Part shown: in pieces, positions 15,060 to 23,200 of the stretch | Position numbering within the stretch: the first letter of the stretch is position 1 | How the letters are laid out: each line of letters opens with the position of its first letter | Origin: Oscillospiraceae bacterium | GTDB taxonomy: Bacteria > Bacillota > Clostridia > Oscillospirales > Ruminococcaceae | DNA length: 64,000 nucleotides | Assembly: GCA_012729855.1 (NCBI GenBank) | Contig: JAAYCI010000097.1 | Span: 12,101 to 76,100, forward strand | Reading direction: 5' to 3' | Notes under the pieces: model-generated | What the model was told of the DNA's origin: nothing | Databases searched by the model: none | Seen by the model: only the letters and a program-made list of their open reading frames with translations | Translations under genes and position numbers: made by a program

Positions 15060-16484
15060 TTGTGGGTGGAGGCGGTGCTGATACTGCCGTCGGCCGCGGT
15101 GGCGCTGGGCCACGGCGAAACCCATGGGGTGCTGGCGCTGCTGGCTACGGCGGCCATTTGCGCGCTTTTGGGGCTGCTGCTGTTTCTTTTGGGGCGCGCG
15201 CGGCAGGAAAAACAGGTGCTGTACGCCCGTGAAAGCCTGGTGGTGGCCGGCGCCGGCTGGATATTGGTGAGCCTGCTGGGCGCCCTGCCGTTTTTCCTTA
15301 GCGGGGAGATCCCCAATTATATCGACGCGTTTTTTGAGGCGGCGTCTGGTTTTACCACCACAGGCGCCTCCATTTTAAGCAATGTGGAGGCCATGAGCCG
15401 GGGGCTGCTGTTCTGGCGCAGCTTCACCCACTGGATGGGCGGTATTGGCGTTCTGGTGTTTATTCTGGCGCTGGTGCGCAACCAAAATGGCGGCGGGTTT
15501 ACCCTGCACCTGCTGCGCGCCGAAAGCCCGGGGCCGCAGGTGGGCAAGCTGGCCCCGCGCATGCGGCAGTCGGTGCAGCTGCTGCTGGGGGTGTACCTGG
15601 CGCTGTCGGTGGTCAACCTGGTGTTTCTGCTGGCGGGGGGCATGCCGCTGTTTGACGCGCTTTGCACCATGTTTGGCACGGCGGGCACGGGTGGGTTTGG
15701 CATTAAAAACAGCAGCATGGCGGGCTATTCGCCCTACCTGCAAACGGTTACCACTGTTTTTATGGCGCTGTTTGGCGTGAACTTCACGCTGTATTACCTG
15801 CTGGTGCGCAAGCAGTGGCGCGGGGCGCTGAAGGATGAGGAACTGCGCCTGTATGTGGGCATCATGCTGGGCAGCATCGTGCTCATCATGCTGTCGGTGC
15901 TTACGTCGGGCCAGCTGCCGTTTGGCGAGGCGCTGCACCACAGTGCCTTCACGGTAAGCTCGGTGATGACCACCACCGGCTTCGCCACCATCGACTTTGA
16001 CCTGTGGCCGGAGTTCAGCCGCGCCATATTGCTGATATTGATGTTTGCCGGCTCAATGGCGGGGTCCACCGGCGGCGGCATTAAAACGGCGCGGCTGCTT
16101 ATTTTATGGAAAAGCGCGCGGGCCGGCGTGCGCCGCATGCTGCACCCCCGCAGCGTGAAGGCCGTGCACATAAACGGCCGCCCGCTGGACGACGCCGTGG
16201 TGAAGCGCACCCACCAGTATCTGGTGATCTATTGCGGGCTGACGCTGCTGGGCTTTGCCGTGGTGGCGCTGGACGGCCACACCCTGGAGACCAACATTTC
16301 GGCCGTGGCCTCGTGCCTGAACAACATTGGCCCCGGGCTGGGGCTGGTGGGGCCCAGCGCCAACTACAGCATTTACTCGGGGCTTTCCAAAGTGGTGCTG
16401 ACGCTATATATGCTGGTGGGCCGGCTGGAGATTTTTCCCATTTTGATTTTGTTCGCGCCCTCCACCTGGCGGCGCAAAGCCTGA
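15060..16484 (+). CDS. trkH: TrkH family K+ transporter, copy 2
   Basis: 474-aa ORF, paralogous to copy 1 along its whole length. The conserved N-terminus continues upstream to an ATC codon at 15021, which is preceded by GGGAGGTG, so the true start is uncertain. Confidence 0.88.
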   Translation: MWVEAVLILPSAAVALGHGETHGVLALLATAAICALLGLLLFLLGRARQEKQVLYARESLVVAGAGWILVSLLGALPFFLSGEIPNYIDAFFEAASGFTTTGASILSNVEAMSRGLLFWRSFTHWMGGIGVLVFILALVRNQNGGGFTLHLLRAESPGPQVGKLAPRMRQSVQLLLGVYLALSVVNLVFLLAGGMPLFDALCTMFGTAGTGGFGIKNSSMAGYSPYLQTVTTVFMALFGVNFTLYYLLVRKQWRGALKDEELRLYVGIMLGSIVLIMLSVLTSGQLPFGEALHHSAFTVSSVMTTTGFATIDFDLWPEFSRAILLILMFAGSMAGSTGGGIKTARLLILWKSARAGVRRMLHPRSVKAVHINGRPLDDAVVKRTHQYLVIYCGLTLLGFAVVALDGHTLETNISAVASCLNNIGPGLGLVGPSANYSIYSGLSKVVLTLYMLVGRLEIFPILILFAPSTWRRKA

Positions 16485-16716
16485 ACAGGGCTTTGGCTGC
16501 CGGAAACCTGTTTTTACGCTATTATTTGAAGATTATTAAAGTATTTTTTGCGGCAAAAAACCGCCTCCACCGGCTACTTGCACCGGAAATGGGGCGGTTT
16601 TCCCGTTTATGGCTTTGTTTTTCCTGTTTTTCCAGGCCATGGCAGCACATTATGGCCTTGTTTGCAGCAAATTGGCGGTGGGGGTGTTTGCGTGGCCGGC
16701 CCGCGCATTTTCCGCT

Positions 16717-17640
16717 TTATGGCTTGGTTTTCCTCTCTTTATCCTTCCGCGCCTCGTGGGCGGGGTCCTCGTGGCCGGGCAGCGGGTGCGGCGTAAAGCC
16801 CTCGCCCAGCACCTCGCTCACCTCGCTTATCATAATGAGGGAGTCGGGGTCTATGGCGCGGGCGGCTCTGCGCACCTTGTATATCTCGTTTTTGGCGCAC
16901 ACGCACAATAGCATGTCGCGGTGCTCGCCGGTGTAGGTGCCGGTGGCTTTCATCTGGGTGGCGCCCCGGCCCACCACGTCGCTGATGGCCTGGGCGATGG
17001 CGGCGCCGTGGCTGGTGATGATGATGGCCATTTTGCTGCTGCCCGCGCCGTAGAGCAGGCGGTCCATCATAAGGGTGGCGGCAAAGGTGGCCACAATGCC
17101 GTAGAGCACGGCGTCCACCGCGCCAAATACCAGCCCGCCGGCCAGGATGACCACGGCGTCCAGCGCCAGGTTGAGCTGGCCCATGGAGAAGTGGGGGTGC
17201 TTTTTCTTGATGCTCATGGTGATGAAATCGGCCCCGCCGGTGGAGGAGCCCCGCATGTAGATGACCGCGAGGCCCGCGCCCATAAGCACACCGGTGAACA
17301 TGGCGGCCAATAGCGGGTTGCCCTGGTAGGTGGGGAAGCGTGGGAAGATGATGTCGAGGAAAAAGGCGCTGATGAGCATGGTCCAGATACTGCGCACCGT
17401 GAACGGGATGCCGATGACCCGCACGCAAATGATGACCAGCGGCACGTTGAGCAGCAGCGACAGCACGCCGATGGGCCAGCCGGTGTAGTGGTTGAGGATG
17501 ATGGAGATGCCCGACACCCCGCCGGGGGCGAACTGGGCGCTGAGGGCAAAGGTATACAGCCCCAGCGCGTACAGCACGCTGCCGCCAATGTAGTAAAGGG
17601 TGTCGACGAGGAAGGTGCGGGGTGTCCAGCCCAGCTTCAT
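16717..17640 (-). CDS. YitT family membrane protein (DUF2179 C-terminal domain)
   Basis: N-terminus with the YALGLYTFALSAQFAPGGVSGISIIL motif, 5-6 TM segments and a soluble C-terminal domain. Confidence 0.8.
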   Translation of the reverse strand: MKLGWTPRTFLVDTLYYIGGSVLYALGLYTFALSAQFAPGGVSGISIILNHYTGWPIGVLSLLLNVPLVIICVRVIGIPFTVRSIWTMLISAFFLDIIFPRFPTYQGNPLLAAMFTGVLMGAGLAVIYMRGSSTGGADFITMSIKKKHPHFSMGQLNLALDAVVILAGGLVFGAVDAVLYGIVATFAATLMMDRLLYGAGSSKMAIIITSHGAAIAQAISDVVGRGATQMKATGTYTGEHRDMLLCVCAKNEIYKVRRAARAIDPDSLIMISEVSEVLGEGFTPHPLPGHEDPAHEARKDKERKTKP

Positions 17641-17730
17641 AGGGTGACCTCCGGGGTGGGTTGTTGTGTGTGCATGCCAAAAAAGATTGGGCGAATATTA
17701 TTGTTAAACAGCCGTATAATTAAATGTGGT

Positions 17731-18393
17731 TTAATCGCCCGAATAATCCGCCAAAAATGCGGGGATATCCTCCAGGCTGGCATGCACGGCGGCGCACATG
17801 CTTTCTATCTCGGGGGTGGGGGCCAGAATGTCGGGCACCATAACGGTGACGCAGCCGGCCGCCGCCGCGCTGCACACCCCGTGGTGGCTGTCCTCCACGG
17901 CCAGGCATTGGCCGGGGGCCAGGTTCAGCGCCTTGGCCGCCGCCAGGAAGATGTCGGGCGCGGGCTTGGCGTCGGGCACCATATCGCCCCCCACCACCGC
18001 GCTGAAGTAGCCGTCGATGCCGGCGCGGGCCAGAAGCTTGTGCACCATGGGCGCCCGGGTGGAGGACGCCACCGCCAGCTGATAGCCCTGCGCCCTGGCC
18101 CAGGCCAGCAAGGCGTCCACCCCCGGCTTTTTGGGCAGGCCGCGGGTTTCTATCCAGTGCATGATCGTCTCCAGCACCCGCCGGAGAAAGGTATCATAAT
18201 CAAAGTCGGGGCCCAGCTCCTCGTAAAACAGGCGGCGCACCTCGGCCTCGCCCAGGCCCATCAGGCTGTTTTTCAGTGTGTCGCTTAAAGTGTAGCCCAT
18301 CTCGGCGGCCACGGCGTCGTCGGCCTGCAGCGCCAGGCGCTCGGTGTCAAACAGTACGCCGTCCATATCGAACAAAATGCCTTTTATCATCAT
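17731..18393 (-). CDS. HAD-IA family hydrolase (beta-phosphoglucomutase-like)
   Basis: MMIKGILFDMDGVLFDTE (DxDG motif I) and the later VEDSHHG motif. Start set at the internal Met pair. Confidence 0.8.
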   Translation of the reverse strand: MMIKGILFDMDGVLFDTERLALQADDAVAAEMGYTLSDTLKNSLMGLGEAEVRRLFYEELGPDFDYDTFLRRVLETIMHWIETRGLPKKPGVDALLAWARAQGYQLAVASSTRAPMVHKLLARAGIDGYFSAVVGGDMVPDAKPAPDIFLAAAKALNLAPGQCLAVEDSHHGVCSAAAAGCVTVMVPDILAPTPEIESMCAAVHASLEDIPAFLADYSGD

Positions 18394-18630
18394 GGCCCCC
18401 CGTTTATGGTGTTGCGGCAATTCTTTGGGTTTATTATACCAATTTTTATACAGGGGGGCAAACCAATGGTGCCACAGGCGCCGGCTTGGATAAATAATTA
18501 TAAAAGTTTAAAAAATGTTTAAAAATCATTTTATGCGGCACGGCCTGCGGGCAAAAAAATTGCCACTTGAAATACCGCCCCATGGGATTTACAATGGTAG
18601 GTACAATGCATCTTGGAGGGGGACTGGAAT

Positions 18631-19695
18631 ATGGATATCCGCATTACCAAGGCCGAAACGCTGAAGGACAAAGTGGACGACGCCCACCTTGGCTTTGGCC
18701 AGTATTACACCGACCATATGTTCATTATGCCCTACGACGAGGGCCAGGGCTGGCACGACGCACAGATTGTACCCTATGCCCCGTTCACGCTGGACCCCGC
18801 CGCGATGGTATTTCACTACGCGCAGGAATGCTTTGAGGGCATGAAGGCCTACCGCACCCCGAAGGGCGGCGTGCAGCTGTTTCGCCCCGAGCGCAACGCC
18901 CGGCGGATGAACAGCACCCACCGGCGGCTGTGCATCCCGGAAATTCCCGAGGAAGACTTTGTGGACGCCGTGAAGCAGCTGGTGGCGCTGGAGCGCAGCT
19001 GGGTGCCCCACAGCCCCGACACCAGCCTGTACATACGCCCCACCACCATTGCCACCGAGCCGCACCTGGGCGTGAAGCCCAGCAACAGCTACCTGTTTTT
19101 TATTATCTGCTCGCCTGTGGGCCCCTACTACGCGGAAGGGCTGGATCCCATTAAGATATATGTGGAGGATGAGCTGACCCGCGCCGCGCCCGGCGGCACC
19201 GGCTTTACCAAGGCGGGCGGCAACTACGCCGTAAGCCTGGCCGGCCAGGTGAAGGCCCAGCAGCTGGGCTATAGCCAGGTGCTGTGGCTGGATGCCGTGC
19301 ACCGCAAGTACGTGGAGGAAGTGGGCAGCATGAACTGCTTCTTCAAGGTGGACGGCACCATTTACACCGCGCCGGCCGGCGGCACCGTGCTGCCCGGCAT
19401 TACCCGCGCCAGCTGCATGGAGCTGCTGGCCGACTGGGGCTACCCGGTGAAGGAAGAAGCCCTGGCCATAGACAGCCTGATGGCCGCCGCCGATGACGGC
19501 CGGCTGGAGGAGGTGTTCGGCACCGGCACGGCCGCGGTGATAAGCCCGGTGGGCGAGCTGCGCTACAAGGACAAAAGTGTTATCATCCATAAAGGCGAAA
19601 TTGGCGAAGTGACCGCCCGGCTGTACGCCACGCTCACGGGCATACAGTGGGGCACCCTGCCGGACGAAAAGGGCTGGATTGTGCCGGTGGATTAA
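18631..19695 (+). CDS. ilvE: Branched-chain amino acid aminotransferase
   Basis: LGFGQYYTDHMF, FHYAQECFEGMKAYR and NYA..L motifs. The ATG is preceded by GGAGGGGG. Confidence 0.92.
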   Translation: MDIRITKAETLKDKVDDAHLGFGQYYTDHMFIMPYDEGQGWHDAQIVPYAPFTLDPAAMVFHYAQECFEGMKAYRTPKGGVQLFRPERNARRMNSTHRRLCIPEIPEEDFVDAVKQLVALERSWVPHSPDTSLYIRPTTIATEPHLGVKPSNSYLFFIICSPVGPYYAEGLDPIKIYVEDELTRAAPGGTGFTKAGGNYAVSLAGQVKAQQLGYSQVLWLDAVHRKYVEEVGSMNCFFKVDGTIYTAPAGGTVLPGITRASCMELLADWGYPVKEEALAIDSLMAAADDGRLEEVFGTGTAAVISPVGELRYKDKSVIIHKGEIGEVTARLYATLTGIQWGTLPDEKGWIVPVD

Positions 19696-19715
19696 TACTT
19701 TGTATTTTATATATA

Positions 19716-19751
19716 TTCCCCGCTTTGCGTAAGGCGGGGAATATTGTTTAT
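19716..19751 (+). terminator. Rho-independent terminator after ilvE
   Basis: TTCCCCGC / GCGGGGAA stem followed by a T-rich tail. Confidence 0.7.
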
Positions 19752-19822
19752 TATTTGGTTTTAAATGCCCTTTACATAAATTAAAACAAATAGTTAATAA
19801 ATAGCTTTTAATTGAGGTGACT

Positions 19823-20146
19823 ATGCCAAGTAAGGATGAACTGGAGCTGCTGATTGCCGGGGAGCGGCCGGTAGGAGAGTTTTTGTTTGATGAAGAAAAC
19901 CAGTGTTTTACAACGGACACGGAAGTGATTTATGAGATTATTGAGGCAGCGGAGAATGTGTTCTGTTCGGGGGAATACATTTATTTTGGCGGGTATGCGT
20001 ACAGTATGGAAGATCATGAGAAAAAAACCTGGTTTGGCCCGCTTGAAGCTGTGGCGGAACAGGTAGCGCAAGATTATATAGATGAAAACCATTTTATGGA
20101 TTTCCCGGTGATTTATACCAGCTTTCGGGTTGAGCTGGTGGTGTAA
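19823..20146 (+). CDS. Hypothetical small acidic protein (107 aa) in a low-G+C patch
   Basis: ORF with a GAGG SD. I recognise no family. It is strongly Asp/Glu-rich and visibly lower in G+C than its neighbours. Confidence 0.5.
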   Translation: MPSKDELELLIAGERPVGEFLFDEENQCFTTDTEVIYEIIEAAENVFCSGEYIYFGGYAYSMEDHEKKTWFGPLEAVAEQVAQDYIDENHFMDFPVIYTSFRVELVV

Positions 20147-20151
20147 GGCCC

Positions 20152-20190
20152 AAAACATGGGGCAGCCTTAAAAGGCTGCCCCATGTTTTT
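20152..20190. terminator. Bidirectional terminator between convergent genes
   Basis: AAAACATGGGGCAGCC-TTAAAA-GGCTGCCCCATGTTTT is a perfect 16-bp stem with A/T runs on both sides. Confidence 0.8.
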
Positions 20191-20206
20191 ATTTATGCCG
20201 TTTGGC

Positions 20207-23200
20207 TTATTTGGGCTCGTACAAAGCGCCCAGGCGCTGCAGGTAGGCGTAGCGGTCTTTGCTTTGGTCTGCCGCTTCGCTAAACAGCTTGTCGGCGCGG
20301 TCGGGGAAGCTCAGCTTCAGGCTGCTGTAGCGGGTTTCGTTTCCAATAAACTCCAGGTAGTCGCCGGTGGGCTCCTTGCTGTCCAGCGTGAAGGGGTTTT
20401 TGCCCTCGGCTTTTTTGCTGGGGTCGAACCGGAAGTTGAACCAGTAGCCGGCCTGCACAGCCTTTTTCATCTCGCTCTGGCAGTTTACCATGCCGCCCTT
20501 GATGCCGTGCATCTCGCAGGGCGCGTAGCCGATGATGAGGGAGGGGCCGTGGTAGCTCTCGGCCTCGGCAATGGCCTTGATGGTCTGGTTTTGGTCGGCG
20601 CCCATGGCAATTTGGGCCACGTACACATAGCCGTAGGCCATGGCCATCTCGGCCAGGCTTTTTTTGCCAATGTTCTTGCCGGCGGCGGCAAACTGCGCCA
20701 CCTGGCCGGTTTGGCTGGCCTTGCTGGCCTGGCCGCCGGTGTTCGAGTACACCTCGGTGTCAAACACAAAGACGTTTACGTCTTCGCCGCTGGCCAGCAC
20801 GTGGTCCAGCCCGCCGTAGCCAATGTCGTAGGCCCAGCCGTCGCCGCCGAAGATCCACACGCTTTTCTTGGAGAGGTAATCCTTCTCGGCCAAAATCTGC
20901 TCGGCGGTGGCGCAGGCCTCGCACACGCAGTTTTTCACGCCTTTTTCCTTCAGGTTTTTGAAATAGTCCTCCACCTTGCCAATGCGCTCACCAAACTTGT
21001 TTTTGGCAAAATCGGAGTGGACATACTCCAGACCCTCGTCCACGCTCATCACGCCGTCCTGCAGCTGCGCGATATAGGCGGCCGTGGCGGTTTCGTTGGC
21101 CTTGCCGTCATCGAAGGTGTCCAGCCATTTTTGCGCGGCCTCCCGCAGCGGGGGCGTGGTGTCGGCGGCCAGCATCTTTTCCGTCAGGCGCTTCAGGCGG
21201 GCGCGAATGGCCTTTTGGCCCAGGTACATGCCGTAGCCGTTCTCGGCGTTGTCCTCAAACAGGCTGTTGGCCCAGGCGGGGCCCTGGCCATTGCGCTTAC
21301 TGATGGTATAGGGGCTGGTGGCCGCGGGGCCGCCCCAGATGGACGAGCAGCCGGTGGCGTTGCTGATATACATCCGCTCGCCATACAGCTGGGTAACCAG
21401 GCGGGCGTAGGCGGTTTCGGCGCAGCCGGCGCAGCTGCCGCTGAACTCCAGCAGGGGCTGGTTGAACTGGCTGCCCTTCACGCTGGTCTCGCTCATCATG
21501 CCGTCCTTCTTGGAAACGTTGGCCACGCACCAGTCAAACACTTCCTGCTGGGGCAGCTGGCTTTCCTGGCCCTTCATCTCCAGCGCTTTGCCGGGGGCGG
21601 GGCACACCTGGGCGCACACGCCGCAGCCCATGCAGTCCAGCGGGCTGATGGCCTGGGTGAACTGGTACTGGTCCACGTCCTTGCCCTTCATGGTGGCGTG
21701 TTTGAGGGCCCCCGGCGCTCCCGCCATGTCGGCCGCATCCAGCGCGAAGGGGCGGATGGTGGCGTGCGGGCACACATAGGCGCACTGGTTGCACTGGATG
21801 CACTTGTCGGCCTGCCACTCGGGCACGTCCACGGCCACGCCACGTTTTTCGTAGGCGGCGGCGCCCTGCTGGAAGGTGCCGTCGGCGTGCTCAATAAAGG
21901 CGCTCACCGGCACGTCGTCGCCGTAGTTCAGGTTCACCGGCTCCATGATGGTGTGCACCATGGTCTCCAGCTTGGCGCTGCCACCCGCACCAGGCTTTGC
22001 CAGGTACGCCTTCTGGCTGCGGATTTCATCGGCCAGCAGGCAGCCACCGCACTGGCAAATGGTTTTGCCGGCAGCTTTGGCGTCCAGCAGCGCCTCGTAA
22101 ACACCGGGATAATGCTCGTCGCGGTATTCTTTGGTCATCACATTTTCGGCAATGTTGATTGAATAGTCGATGGGGGCGATGCATTCGTCCATCTCGGCGA
22201 TATACGCCTCGGTGGCTTCGGCGTTGGCCGCAGCGTCGTCATAGGTGTCCAGCCACTGTTGGGCAACGGCCTTCAGGTCATCGTGCACGCCGTGCTCCAT
22301 CTGCATCAATTTCTCGGTTTTGGCTTTCAGCTCTGCGCGCACGGCCTCGGCGTCTGCCCGCTTGGCCAGGTAGCCCTTCCGGCTGCGGATATCGTTGGCC
22401 AGCAGGCAGCCGTCGCACTGGCACAGGGTGATGCCCTTTTCCTTGGCTGCCAGCAGGCGCTCCAGCACGCCCGGGTAGTGGGCCTCGCGGTACTCCTTGG
22501 GCATTACATCCTGTGCGATGTGCAGGGAATAGTCCACGTCGGCGATGCACGCGTCCATTTCGGCAATGTAGGCCGCGGTGGCTTCGGCGTTGGCCGCTTC
22601 GTCGTCGTAGGTGTCCAGCCATTTCTGGGCGGCGGCCTTCAGGTCCTCGTGCACGCCGTGCTCAATGCTGATGAGCTTCTCGGTTTTGGCTTTCAGCTGC
22701 GCGCGCATGGCCTCGGGGCTCACACGCTTTTCCAGATAGTGCTTCTCGCTGCGAATTTCGTCGGCCAGCAGGCAGCCGTCGCACTGGCACAGGGTAATGC
22801 CCGCCGCCTTGGCCTTGTACAGGCGCTCCGGCACGCCGGGGTAGTACTTTTCCTGGTACTCCTTGGGCATCACGTTTTCCACAATGTTGATGGAATAGTC
22901 CACATCGGCGATGCACGCGTCCATCTCGGCGATGTAGGCCGCGGTGGCTTCGGCGTTGGCCACGGCGTCGTCATAGGTGTCCAGCCATTTCTGGGCGGCG
23001 GCTTTCAGGTCCTCGTGCACGCCGTGCTCGATGGTGATGAGCTTCTCGGTCTTGCGTTTCAGCCGGGCGCGGGCAGCCTCGGGGCTCTCGTGCCTGGCCT
23101 TGAGGGGCGCGTCCTTCCAGTCGGCGGGAATGTCCAGCTTGACGATGGCGTCCACGCCGGCGTCGATGGCCTTGTAGTTGCTCTGCACAATGGCGTCGCC

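Noticed and set aside
21989-23086. Regularly spaced repeats that could superficially suggest a CRISPR-like or satellite array
   Set aside because: The period is 366 bp with no short spacer/repeat alternation. The array is in frame inside PFOR, and the units are diverged protein-coding paralogs.
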